Both the position numbers and the translations under genes were made by a program. DNA of 64,000 nucleotides, taken from the NCBI GenBank assembly GCA_023138735.1, contig JAGLOY010000085.1:6657-70656 (forward strand). The letters are read 5' to 3'. The notes under the pieces are model-generated. The model saw only the letters and a program-made list of their open reading frames with translations. It made no database searches and was not told where the DNA came from. Source of the stretch: Candidatus Aegiribacteria sp. Lineage in GTDB: Bacteria; Fermentibacterota; Fermentibacteria; Fermentibacterales; JCC-6. Positions 55,685 through 64,000 of this stretch are shown here, piece after piece. Positions within the stretch are counted from its first letter, which is position 1. Every line of letters starts with the position of its first letter.

Positions 55685-55755
55685 GGGTCGTATCTTGAAT
55701 TTTGGCATTTGATTTATTAAGACACTAACGAATGCCAAAATTCAAGATACGACCC
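55685..55755. repeat. 25-bp perfect inverted repeat with 21-nt loop; probable strong (bidirectional) terminator hairpin, or a MITE-like or structured-RNA element
   Basis: gggtcgtatcttgaattttggcatt (55685-55709) is the exact reverse complement of 55731-55755 (checked base by base). Lies between the convergent xdhC-like (+) and hrb-like (-) genes. Confidence 0.7.
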
Positions 55756-55773
55756 AAATAACGGTAAATTTGA

Positions 55774-56472
55774 TTACTGTTCGGAGAACTGATCCTTGCC
55801 TACCCCGCAGACAGGGCATACCCAGCCATCCGGAATATCCTCGAAAGCAGTACCGGGCTCGATGCCACCATCAGGATCACCTATTTCCGGGTCATATACA
55901 TAGCCGCAGATATTGCATACATATTTCTTCATTGTACTCTCTTCCTTTTGTTTCTGCTCTTTATACGATTCAGACCTGTAAGATGGAGCAGTCGGGGGTG
56001 TTTTCCCGCAGAGGACTTCCCTGTAATACGAGTAAGTCATGGGGGTCCCTTCACCTGTGATCCCGCAGTCCTTAACCTCTCCAATGAATACTGTGTGTGT
56101 GTCCACATCAATATTCTTGCATATATCCAGATCGATATATGCAAGAATGTTTACTCCGGGAATCGGGCAGCCGGAGGGAGCGAGTGTATATGGCATACTC
56201 GCAAATTTATCTACTTCTCTTCCGCTCTTGAATCCGAAATTACCTATGAAAGCCATGTCTGCTTCTTCGCTGAGCACACCGATGCAGCATTTTCCGGTCC
56301 TGCTAATTAACTCATGCGTAAGTTCAGTTTTGTTTATTGAGACTGCGACCTTAACAGGATCGGCCGTTACCTGAAACACCGTATTCGCTATCTGCCCATT
56401 CAGCTTATCACCCGAACGGGATCCTACAACGTACAGGCCGTAGGTAATCGTGAACAGAGGAGTAATGTCCAT
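55774..56472 (-). CDS. flavin-reductase-like domain fused to C-terminal rubredoxin (Hrb-like NADH:rubredoxin-type oxidoreductase)
   Basis: Flavin reductase core [26 protein letters not shown]-terminus [14 protein letters not shown]...[13 protein letters not shown]. Confidence 0.8.
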   Translation of the reverse strand: MDITPLFTITYGLYVVGSRSGDKLNGQIANTVFQVTADPVKVAVSINKTELTHELISRTGKCCIGVLSEEADMAFIGNFGFKSGREVDKFASMPYTLAPSGCPIPGVNILAYIDLDICKNIDVDTHTVFIGEVKDCGITGEGTPMTYSYYREVLCGKTPPTAPSYRSESYKEQKQKEESTMKKYVCNICGYVYDPEIGDPDGGIEPGTAFEDIPDGWVCPVCGVGKDQFSEQ

Positions 56473-57686
56473 TATTCCAAACCTCCACAGATTTCCAAAA
56501 TCCTTCGCCCCACACTCCGTCCCAGATTCACCGATTCTTCAAGTACCTGTTCATCCGGAACATAGACTGCACGAAGTCCTTCAGAAACAAGCTCCACTTT
56601 CATACCTTCAAGCAGATCGTTCAACTCCTTGACCGCCTCTCCGCTCCAGCCGTAGGAACCGAACGCGGCGCCAACGAGATTCTTAGGCTTCAAACCGCCC
56701 AGATAATTCATACATTCAGCGACAGAGGGAAAGATCCTTCCATTTATGGTCGGGCTCCCAACTATCAGTGCAGATGCATCCAGCACTTCGGTGGCAATAT
56801 CGCTGATATGAGATGCCCTGAGCGGCATCAATATGCTGCTGACGCCCTCCAGGCTAAGGCCCTCCAGAACAGCTTCACCCATCTTTCGGGTACTGTTCCA
56901 CATGGTATCGTAAATCACAACCGCCTTCGGGCGAGGTTTTTTTTCAGCCCAGGAACCCCATTTTTCAAGTATCCAGTCGATATTACTCCTCCATACCGGG
57001 CCATGGTCCGGACATAGAAGATCTATTTCAAGCTCCATCTTTCCAAGGTTACCAAGAAGAGCAGTGACCAGAGGAGAGAAAGGCATGAGAATGTTCGCGT
57101 AGTACTTCCTGGCCTCCGCCTCAAGAAGAGTCAGTTCGAGTTCGTCATCGAAACGTTCCGCTGAAGCCAGGTGCATCCCGAAACCATCCTGACTGAAAAG
57201 GATTTTCTCCTCTTGCAGGTAGGATACCATACTGTCCGGCCAGTGGAGCATTCGTGTTTCTATAAAACTAATTCTCATGTTTCCGAGGTCTATACTGTCT
57301 CCGGTCTTCACAACTTCGATCGGATCATCTTCCCAGTGAAAGTGGGCAGCAAGTGCTCGTGATCCCATGGGCGACGCGTAAACTTTCTCCGGCTTGACCG
57401 CAGCTATTGTTTGCCGGAGCGATCCGGTATGGTCAAGTTCGGAATGGTTGCTGACGATTATATCTATTCCCGAAGGATCTGTTACAGAAGATATCCTCAT
57501 CATCATCTCTTCGAAAAATGATTCCTTCACCGTATCGATAAGAGTGATCTTCTCCGAGAGAATAAGATATGCATTGTAGGTTGTACCTCTCCTGGTACTG
57601 TATCCGTGAAAATCACGCACCGCCCAGTCAATTGCTCCAACCCAGTACACATTCTCAGTCAGCCTGACAGCTTTGAACACATCCAT
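56472..57686 (-). CDS. fprA: flavodiiron protein (A-type flavoprotein; O2/NO reductase)
   Basis: Metallo-beta-lactamase-like [11 protein letters not shown] plus a C-terminal flavodoxin domain ([17 protein letters not shown]). Confidence 0.9.
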   Translation of the reverse strand: MDVFKAVRLTENVYWVGAIDWAVRDFHGYSTRRGTTYNAYLILSEKITLIDTVKESFFEEMMMRISSVTDPSGIDIIVSNHSELDHTGSLRQTIAAVKPEKVYASPMGSRALAAHFHWEDDPIEVVKTGDSIDLGNMRISFIETRMLHWPDSMVSYLQEEKILFSQDGFGMHLASAERFDDELELTLLEAEARKYYANILMPFSPLVTALLGNLGKMELEIDLLCPDHGPVWRSNIDWILEKWGSWAEKKPRPKAVVIYDTMWNSTRKMGEAVLEGLSLEGVSSILMPLRASHISDIATEVLDASALIVGSPTINGRIFPSVAECMNYLGGLKPKNLVGAAFGSYGWSGEAVKELNDLLEGMKVELVSEGLRAVYVPDEQVLEESVNLGRSVGRRILEICGGLE

Positions 57687-57718
57687 CCATTCTCCTTTAG
57701 AACTTCTAAAGCATGTTT

Positions 57719-58219
57719 CTACCTGGAGTTCAGCCTGGTTCTCTGTTTCTCGAGATACGAGATATGACCGATTTCCTCGTCAATAATATTGTAGATTCTG
57801 TCCTTGCCCAACCTTGGGGAGACCAGTCTTTCAAGTCCGAGGAAGAAAAGAAGAGAATCCTTCTCGAATTTGATCGCAAGGTCAATGATCTTGCCGGTAC
57901 TCTTATCCTCTTCAGATTCTAACAGTGATTCACCGGTCTGCTGCTTGAATACATGATTATCGGCCATAGCTTTCAGGTATAGTGCCGCTTCGCAATAGGG
58001 GTCAATGGCTGTCTGTCTCTTTTCGTCCTCACTGAGCTCATTCCTCATGGATGCAAAGAGAGCTTCATGTCCTTTTTCCCATTCTGCAAGATCCGCAAGG
58101 AGCCTGGAAACTTCGAAATCATCCACAGCTTCTGAAGCCTTCCTGTAGAACTCCTGCCCGTTTTTTTCGATCTGCTCAGCCATTTTGAGGACTTCTTCGG
58201 CATTGAACTGGTCTCCCAT
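57719..58219 (-). CDS. rubrerythrin-like diiron four-helix-bundle protein without rubredoxin domain
   Basis: AGGAGGAG RBS. E...ExxH twice (QIEKNGQEFY / LAEWEKGHE; IKFEKDS / IDEEIGHIS). Track start at 58279 rejected because it overlaps ftn. Confidence 0.7.
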   Translation of the reverse strand: MGDQFNAEEVLKMAEQIEKNGQEFYRKASEAVDDFEVSRLLADLAEWEKGHEALFASMRNELSEDEKRQTAIDPYCEAALYLKAMADNHVFKQQTGESLLESEEDKSTGKIIDLAIKFEKDSLLFFLGLERLVSPRLGKDRIYNIIDEEIGHISYLEKQRTRLNSR

Positions 58220-58229
58220 TTCGCTCCTC

Positions 58230-58745
58230 CTACTCTCCGCTGCTGGCAACGGGAATGAATACCCTTTGTCCAAGTTCATTGTCTATCATGAACCTGCCGC
58301 CACCCGAATCACCGATCAATTTCATTTTTCGGACGACTTCTCCAACTGATGCTTCCTCCTCCACCTGCTCTGCAACGTACCACTGAAGGAAATTATCAGT
58401 CATATGATCACTCTCTTCCCTTGCAAGTGTTACAAGATCGTTGATCAGGGAAGAGACTTTTCTCTCGTGTTCAAGGGCAACCTCGAAAGCGTCCAATACC
58501 GATTTCCATTCAACGGGAGGTTTGTCGATGGCATCCAGTATTACTCTGCTGCCTCTCTCATTCACATACTTCATGAATTTGTCTGCGTGGACCAGTTCCT
58601 CCTGTGCCTGGGCGTTCATCCACTTCGCCGCACCGCTCATATCAACCGATTCAAAATACATTGCCATCGCCACATACAGGTAGGAAGAATAGAGTTCGGC
58701 GTTGATCTGGCTGTTGATCGCATTCTGAATTCTTTCGCTGAGCAT
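58230..58745 (-). CDS. ftn: non-haem ferritin
   Basis: INAELYSSYLYVAMAMYF, AQEELVHADKFMKYVNERG, ALEHERKVS, QWYVAEQVEEE. Start at ATG 58745 (GGAAGGGA RBS). Confidence 0.88.
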   Translation of the reverse strand: MLSERIQNAINSQINAELYSSYLYVAMAMYFESVDMSGAAKWMNAQAQEELVHADKFMKYVNERGSRVILDAIDKPPVEWKSVLDAFEVALEHERKVSSLINDLVTLAREESDHMTDNFLQWYVAEQVEEEASVGEVVRKMKLIGDSGGGRFMIDNELGQRVFIPVASSGE

Positions 58746-58746
58746 G

Positions 58747-59124
58747 TTATCCCTTCCAGAGACCATGAATGCTGCAGTATTCCCTTGCGGATACTGCATC
58801 GAGATCACCGGTCTTGAATTCAGCTACCGGATCCATCCCGGGTTTCAGGTACTTTCTGAAGATGCTGTCTCCCGAGATAAGCTCTATCCATTCTATGTAG
58901 TGATCATCTACCATGGGATGCAGAGTTGAGCCCACAGTAACCCTGTAACCGCCATCGATCTTCTCGATAACCGGCACATGCTTCTCCGTTGCCATATCGG
59001 CAGTCTTCTCTTCCATTTTAACCATTGGTGCTCCGCAGCAGATAAGCTCTCCTGCTCCCCCGTGTGTCATTTCAACAATGTTACCGCACATTTCACACTT
59101 GTATATTTCCATACGTTCAGTCAT
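58747..59124 (-). CDS. dfx: desulfoferrodoxin (2Fe superoxide reductase)
   Basis: [25 protein letters not shown] (desulforedoxin domain), [30 protein letters not shown]. Start at ATG 59124 (AGGAG RBS). Confidence 0.9.
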   Translation of the reverse strand: MTERMEIYKCEMCGNIVEMTHGGAGELICCGAPMVKMEEKTADMATEKHVPVIEKIDGGYRVTVGSTLHPMVDDHYIEWIELISGDSIFRKYLKPGMDPVAEFKTGDLDAVSAREYCSIHGLWKG

Positions 59125-59138
59125 TTCTGCAACTCCTA

Positions 59139-59594
59139 TCAATCCTCTGTAAGTACGTGTTCGTCATACTCTATTTCGAAGCGGAGCTTATGGTTTGCTT
59201 CCTGGTTAGCAAGCCCGGTCAGAAGATCTCTGATCACAGGGTCAGAAGCCACTCCGGCAAGGCGCGTATACATCTGATACGCTGCTTTTTCTTTCTTCAT
59301 TGCCAGAATAAGAGCGTCCTGATAATCCATACCGCTGGTCGGTACAACATCAATCAAAATTTCTCCCAGACCCAGATCTACAACGGCTGCAGTTGGGAGA
59401 AACTCAAGGCTGCCCATTTTTATATTCTCAAGCTTGTTCTTGTGCTGAAGCTCCTCTTCACTGAACTCCATGAACATCTTTCGTATCGATGGACTCTTAA
59501 CCTGATCAGCCAGATTCGTGTAGAAATCGGCAGCGGACTGCTCTTCACCTATTGCGAAATCAAGAATTTCCTCAGTTGATTTGAATTCCCTCAT
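59139..59594 (-). CDS. rubrerythrin-like diiron four-helix-bundle protein without rubredoxin domain
   Basis: E...ExxH twice ([11 protein letters not shown] / SEEELQHK; [11 protein letters not shown] / ANQEANHK). Start at ATG 59594 (AGGTGA RBS). Confidence 0.7.
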   Translation of the reverse strand: MREFKSTEEILDFAIGEEQSAADFYTNLADQVKSPSIRKMFMEFSEEELQHKNKLENIKMGSLEFLPTAAVVDLGLGEILIDVVPTSGMDYQDALILAMKKEKAAYQMYTRLAGVASDPVIRDLLTGLANQEANHKLRFEIEYDEHVLTED

Positions 59595-59603
59595 TCTTAT
59601 CAC

Positions 59604-60176
59604 CTACCAATTCTCAGCAAGAAGTTCAAAATGTGCCTGAGGGTGTGCGCAGGCAGGACAGAGGTTGAGTGCTTCCCTGCCTTCATGGATGTATCCGCAG
59701 TTCTGGCATCGCCAGATAACAATATCATCCTTAACGAAAACTTTACCCTCGTTGATGTTCTTCAGAAGCTCGAGGTACCTTTTCTCGTGCTGCTTCTCGG
59801 CAACAGCGATGGATCTGAAGATGACGGCTATATCATCGAACCCTTCTTCGCAGGCTATAGCGGCAAACCCCGGATACATCACCGTATGTTCATGATTCTC
59901 ACCGGATGCCGAAGCCTTAAGGTTCTCATCCGTTGAACCAACCTTTCCTGCGGGATAAGAATCGGTGATTTCAACCACTCCGCCCTCGAGAAGTTTGAAA
60001 AGACGCTTCGCGTGTTCTTTCTCCTGGTTCGCGGTTTCCTCGAAGATCTTAGAGATCTGTACGTAACCGTCCTTTTTCGCCTGAGATGCGAAATAGGTGT
60101 ACCTGTTCCTTGCCTGTGATTCCCCGGCGAATGCCTTAAGGATGTTCTTCTCCGTTCTTGTTCCTTTAATACTCAT
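59604..60176 (-). CDS. rbr: rubrerythrin
   Basis: GTRTEKNILKAFAGESQARNRYTYF, ANQEKEHAK, and the C-terminal rubredoxin-type WRCQNCGY...CPACAHP. Confidence 0.93.
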   Translation of the reverse strand: MSIKGTRTEKNILKAFAGESQARNRYTYFASQAKKDGYVQISKIFEETANQEKEHAKRLFKLLEGGVVEITDSYPAGKVGSTDENLKASASGENHEHTVMYPGFAAIACEEGFDDIAVIFRSIAVAEKQHEKRYLELLKNINEGKVFVKDDIVIWRCQNCGYIHEGREALNLCPACAHPQAHFELLAENW

Positions 60177-60191
60177 TACAACTTCTCCTTT

Positions 60192-60587
60192 TCAGTGTTC
60201 AGCACATTCAGGACATATTCCTATTATATTCATATGTACTTCCAGCACAATGAAGTTCGAAACCGTTTCTGGATTCAATGTCTCAATATTTACAGGATTT
60301 ACGTGCACGTCACAAACTCTTCCGCAGATCGTGCATTCAATGTGATTATGCTCACCTGTGTTATGATCGTAATGGATTTCCGAACCAGTACCCTTAACCG
60401 CTTTTATCCTTCCCTGATCGACAAGTATCCCAAGATTCCTGTAAACGGTACTGAGGCTTGTCCTGGGCAGCATTTCTCGAACAGCATTGTAAATCTGGAC
60501 TGCGGTCGGATGACACCCCAGCTGCTCGACTGAGTGAAGTATCACTCTTTTCTGCGTCGTATTCCTTCTAGGCTGCACATCCATCAA
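60192..60587 (-). CDS. Fur-family regulator, PerR-like by context
   Basis: TTQKRVIL...HPTAVQIY...SLSTVYRNL, HNHIEC..CG, and a C-terminal CPEC. Heads an oxidative-stress operon. Confidence 0.8.
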   Translation of the reverse strand: MMDVQPRRNTTQKRVILHSVEQLGCHPTAVQIYNAVREMLPRTSLSTVYRNLGILVDQGRIKAVKGTGSEIHYDHNTGEHNHIECTICGRVCDVHVNPVNIETLNPETVSNFIVLEVHMNIIGICPECAEH

Positions 60588-60602
60588 AATATCTCCTATT
60601 CG

Positions 60603-60623
60603 TAATAAGAACTATTCCTATTA
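60603..60623. promoter_or_regulatory. candidate Fur/PerR-type operator, 21-bp imperfect palindrome TAATAAGAAC-T-ATTCCTATTA (8 of 10 arm positions pair)
   Basis: Read directly. Overlaps the predicted -10 box and the transcription start region of the perR-like gene. Confidence 0.4.
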
Positions 60624-60647
60624 TAAAGAATCTTTCAGGAGTGTCAA
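60620..60647 (-). promoter_or_regulatory. consensus sigma70-type promoter of the perR-rbr-dfx-ftn-fprA operon
   Basis: On the minus strand: TTGACA (60647-60642), a 16-nt spacer, then TATAAT (60625-60620). AGGAG RBS lies before the ATG at 60587. Confidence 0.6.
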
Positions 60648-60655
60648 CCCAACTT

Positions 60656-60686
60656 AGAAACCCCGCCTCCCTTTCGGGAGACGAGG
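60656..60686 (-). terminator. intrinsic terminator of the FG-GAP protein gene
   Basis: Minus-strand RNA: CCUCGUCUCCC-GAAA-GGGAGGCGGGG (11-bp stem including 2 G-U pairs, GNRA loop) followed by UUUCU. Lies 67 nt after the stop at 60753. The plus-strand version would have C-A mismatches. Confidence 0.65.
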
Positions 60687-60752
60687 CTTTTAACGACACT
60701 ACACATAAAGCACTGATTTACATTTCTGAGTGAGTGCTCAACTTAAGTGGTG

Positions 60753-63700
60753 TTAATCCCTCCTAACAATAAAGCTGCCGGTGCTTACATCAGAACCGAT
60801 GCAGCATTGAAGGAGGTATACTCCATTGGGAACAGCTGTTCCGTTCGCGGTGAAGGCGTCCCAGTGAAGAACACTGCCCGATTCAGCATGACCGCTCCAG
60901 ATCATGCGGCCGGAAACATCGTAGATCTTTATCTCAGCTTCTTCACCGCGCTCAGCAACAGGAATCGCAAACATCCAGCCTTCGTTCTCAGCACTGCGGG
61001 TAATCTCAACAGATGAGACTGTATCCATAGTTCCCCTGCTGCCGTAAACACTGATCTCAGCAAAGCCGGAAGCTCCGCGTATTCTGATATAGCGGACAGT
61101 CTCTGTGCTGTTCGGTGAGTCAGCAGCATATGGATAGAATATCCTGTCAGAACCGGCCACTTCGATTAACAGAGAAGGTTCAACGTCAGGAGCTGCTTCA
61201 AGAGTTCGAACGGATTCATCCGTAAATGAACTTACATCAGGAGAAATGTCTGATATTCTCTCCGGTAGAATGGATGTTACGGTACACTCATCACCGAGAT
61301 CGATGACAACCGCATCAGCTCCGGGTGATGGTGAGTAACAAACCTCTGTACTGCCATCAGTCAGGCAGCCGGGGTTGCCCCTCGAAGGAACAGCATGATC
61401 CGTTGCTGTCGGCAGCGTTTCAACCGTTCTCTCATGAACTGATGTTATCTCAACATGAGATGATTCTTCCGTTAGCTGCATCTCAGATGCTAGAAGAATC
61501 CCTGTTAAAACCCTCGAAGGTGAAAACTCCTCAATCACCGGGCAGCCAAGGGATATTACATTAAGAGCTTCGGTGTGAAGCCGAACATCGTTACTGAACT
61601 CGGATTCATTCGTACCGTCATGTGATGTCAACTTATACAATACAGCGGGATACATGAAGGGATTGTAAGTATCGGTGTAAGTGATGACCCCAGCGTGAAC
61701 CCTGCCTACAACCTCAAGAGAAGTGAATGGTGGAAAGCGTCTCCAGATCTGATAGGAGACAACATCGGTGGGCTCCTCCGCTTCAGGGCTGTAGAAATCG
61801 TTTACCGAGAGATCCCATGTCAGGATAACCGTTCCGTCAGTATGCTCTCCCTGAAGATTGGTAGGAGGAGCAGGTATAGTATTATCAGCCTCAAAACAAC
61901 CCGTATGCCAGCTGTCGTGCTGGAACTGGCGCCACGGCATCTCTGCAGGAAAAGAGTTAACACCTAGATCATAGCAGTAGGCGTAGGAATCGGAACCATC
62001 AGCGAACATCAGCTCTAGGCTGTCATCGTTATCAAGGTTGGCTATGACAGGCTGACCACTGATCTCGATAAGTCCCGGTTCCGTGACCGGATAACCACTG
62101 CAGATGCTCCCGTCGCCGTTAATGGCATAGAGTTCTCCATCGCCGGTTCCGACAACTATCTCAACCGCGAAGTCTCCATCGATGTCCGCTATCGAGGGTG
62201 AAGTGAGAACAGGATTGTTTGCCAGTTCCACCGGAAAACCCGGAAGAGGATCGTACTGGCTGCCGCCACTGAAGTCATCTCCGGACCAGCAGTATACGTA
62301 TCCAGTGTTGTCAACGGCCACTATATCGAGAATGCCGTCATCGTTCAGATCACAAATGGCAACCGAATTGGGTACGGTACCGTTCACAGAGAAGGTATGC
62401 TCAAGGGTTCCATAGTCGCCATCAAGCACAAATACTTTCTTCCATTGTGATCCCACATGTGAACCGACAATTACTTCGTTGATCCCGTCACCATCAATGT
62501 CTCCAATAACTGGAGAAGCATAAAAATAACAGTTGAAAATCTGTGACTTCCAGATATTTTCGCCATCCACCGGATCAAGAAGGTACACAGCACTGTTGAA
62601 TGCCTTTCCACCATCAGACGGGGGATAAGGATAATTAGATATAAAACCATCGGAGGTGCATACCAGTATCTCATTACCGGGGTAAATCGATGAGATATCC
62701 CCGACTGCCGGGGTGCTGGCTACGGATACTCCTCCATCCTCAAGCTCACGGCTCCAGATATAATTACCCGCATAATCAAACATCCATACAGTACATATCG
62801 AGTTAGGTGATGTCAGATCAAGATGCCTGCATATCACTACTTCTGGATGCTCATCCCCTATGAGATCGCAAACTGCAGGTGCAGATCGACTCGGGTAAAT
62901 GCCCGGAATACTCACATTACCCATGTTTGCTGGCCAACCAGATACAGGTAAACCACTCTCTGCATGCCAGGCATTTGCTCCGAATGGATGGACTGCAATA
63001 ACTTCCATATCCCCATCAAGATCAAGATCAGCTATTGCCGGTGATGAGCAGAGAGGATAACTGAAACCGCTCCAGTCTCCGGAAGGAAGAGTTCGCAGTA
63101 TCAATCCTGTCTCATCAATCAACTGAACACTGCCATCGTTGCACTGGATAGCTATATCAAGATCCTCGTCCCCATCAAAATCTCCGAGAGCTGGAGAACC
63201 ATTAACCCAGTGGCTCAGCAATACTGGCCAGCCGGGCTCGGAACTGAAAGCTATTCCGAAACCGTGGTGATCATCGGTATACTCATCATCACCCGGCCCC
63301 GAAGGAGGATCCGGATCTGCGATAGATGGATCGAGCAGACCGATATCACTTATATCCTTGGCTTTTGTCTCCATGGTCAGCCAGCCGGAATAACCTTCAA
63401 CCGGTACATCAACGGTTCCATGCCAGGTATCAAAATAACCATCAGGCTGGTTTGTGGATGTCCATTCCGGAGTAGATGGAGTAGCTGTCAGGTAAGGTTC
63501 ATCAGGCTTTGTAAACCTTACACTTGAAGTGACTGTAGTACTCATCGGTCCTGAATAGATTATCTCAATATCCATGGTTGAACCGGGTTGGAGCGTAGTA
63601 TTGGTATAAATGTTTTTAAAAGGCGCAAAACCTTCAGGAGGGTATGTTGCTACCCATTCGGCATGCCAGATATCCTGGTCAGTCGCAGCATCACTAAGCC

Positions 63701-64000
63701 TCACTTGCTGGGCGATCTCCTTGTTGTTGTTTAAGATACATTCAATTCCATCTTGTTGTATACTACTGTCCCAAGCATATTCTGTAGTCCTAATAAAGTA
63801 TACACCATCAGGTGTGGTCATATTCAGAGGATTATATGATTCACCGCCCCCCTCCGCTGAAAGAGCTGTATTCCAGCAATTCTCTTCAATGTTATCTATT
63901 CCATTCCAAGTTGAATTATCATTACAGTTTGTTATACATGATGCTATTGCTGAGTCAAAGAATTCCCATCCGTACCTGAAGTAGAACTGCTTGTACTTCA
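60753..64000 (-). CDS. very large secreted FG-GAP/VCBS-repeat protein with FlgD-Ig/T9SS-type C-terminal domain; 5' end beyond the window
   Basis: Repeats DFDGDEDLDIAI, ADLDLDGDMEVIAV, GDIDGDGINEVIVG, CDLNDDGILDIVAVD, ADIDGDFAVEIVVG. C-terminus KIYDVSGRMIW...GVYLLQC. My hand translation upstream of the track's Met (63821) shows the frame stays open to base 64000. Confidence 0.8.
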   Translation of the reverse strand, partial: KYKQFYFRYGWEFFDSAIASCITNCNDNSTWNGIDNIEENCWNTALSAEGGGESYNPLNMTTPDGVYFIRTTEYAWDSSIQQDGIECILNNNKEIAQQVRLSDAATDQDIWHAEWVATYPPEGFAPFKNIYTNTTLQPGSTMDIEIIYSGPMSTTVTSSVRFTKPDEPYLTATPSTPEWTSTNQPDGYFDTWHGTVDVPVEGYSGWLTMETKAKDISDIGLLDPSIADPDPPSGPGDDEYTDDHHGFGIAFSSEPGWPVLLSHWVNGSPALGDFDGDEDLDIAIQCNDGSVQLIDETGLILRTLPSGDWSGFSYPLCSSPAIADLDLDGDMEVIAVHPFGANAWHAESGLPVSGWPANMGNVSIPGIYPSRSAPAVCDLIGDEHPEVVICRHLDLTSPNSICTVWMFDYAGNYIWSRELEDGGVSVASTPAVGDISSIYPGNEILVCTSDGFISNYPYPPSDGGKAFNSAVYLLDPVDGENIWKSQIFNCYFYASPVIGDIDGDGINEVIVGSHVGSQWKKVFVLDGDYGTLEHTFSVNGTVPNSVAICDLNDDGILDIVAVDNTGYVYCWSGDDFSGGSQYDPLPGFPVELANNPVLTSPSIADIDGDFAVEIVVGTGDGELYAINGDGSICSGYPVTEPGLIEISGQPVIANLDNDDSLELMFADGSDSYAYCYDLGVNSFPAEMPWRQFQHDSWHTGCFEADNTIPAPPTNLQGEHTDGTVILTWDLSVNDFYSPEAEEPTDVVSYQIWRRFPPFTSLEVVGRVHAGVITYTDTYNPFMYPAVLYKLTSHDGTNESEFSNDVRLHTEALNVISLGCPVIEEFSPSRVLTGILLASEMQLTEESSHVEITSVHERTVETLPTATDHAVPSRGNPGCLTDGSTEVCYSPSPGADAVVIDLGDECTVTSILPERISDISPDVSSFTDESVRTLEAAPDVEPSLLIEVAGSDRIFYPYAADSPNSTETVRYIRIRGASGFAEISVYGSRGTMDTVSSVEITRSAENEGWMFAIPVAERGEEAEIKIYDVSGRMIWSGHAESGSVLHWDAFTANGTAVPNGVYLLQCCIGSDVSTGSFIVRRD

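Overview
This 64-kb window appears to come from an uncultivated, probably anaerobic, diderm bacterium. That guess rests on outer-membrane genes, T9SS/FlgD-type C-terminal sorting domains and an O2-detoxification operon. All calls rest on motifs read by eye in the translations; no database search was possible. The window has two compartments.

(1) Bases 1 to about 12.6 kb form an AT-rich accessory island with long intergenic spacers and a defence-island gene set:
- a PD-(D/E)xK-motif protein
- an MtlR-like HEPN gene plus a DGQHR/ParB-like gene, as a pair
- a lone protein with a possible HEPN motif
- a 733-aa protein made of ten tandem zinc-ribbon repeats fused to a Vsr/DUF559-type nuclease
- a soluble KAP-type P-loop NTPase, followed by a small membrane zinc-ribbon protein and another HEPN-motif protein

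No integrase, tRNA, CRISPR array or rRNA was seen in the island. The most promising candidates for an undescribed system are the KAP / membrane zinc-ribbon / HEPN cluster (8605-12187) and the HEPN + orphan DGQHR pair (2806-4465).

(2) Bases from about 12.7 kb to 64 kb are higher-GC, tightly packed chromosome:
- a beta-propeller gene split by one in-frame TGA
- an outer-membrane barrel protein
- a PAS-PAS-GAF-GGDEF cyclase
- an exonuclease-like/GIY-YIG fusion
- a Na/Pi-PhoU transporter with an N-terminal Ig-like extension
- a TetR-controlled RND pump
- a tandem-cyclase/STAND/TPR giant
- cca
- an ~18-kb Wzx/Wzz/Wza-type polysaccharide locus that contains murB and a FemAB-like gene
- add and an xdhC-like gene
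- an eight-gene PerR-headed oxidative-stress operon (rbr, dfx, ftn, fprA, an hrb-like gene and two erythrin-like genes)
- a very large FG-GAP protein that runs off the right edge
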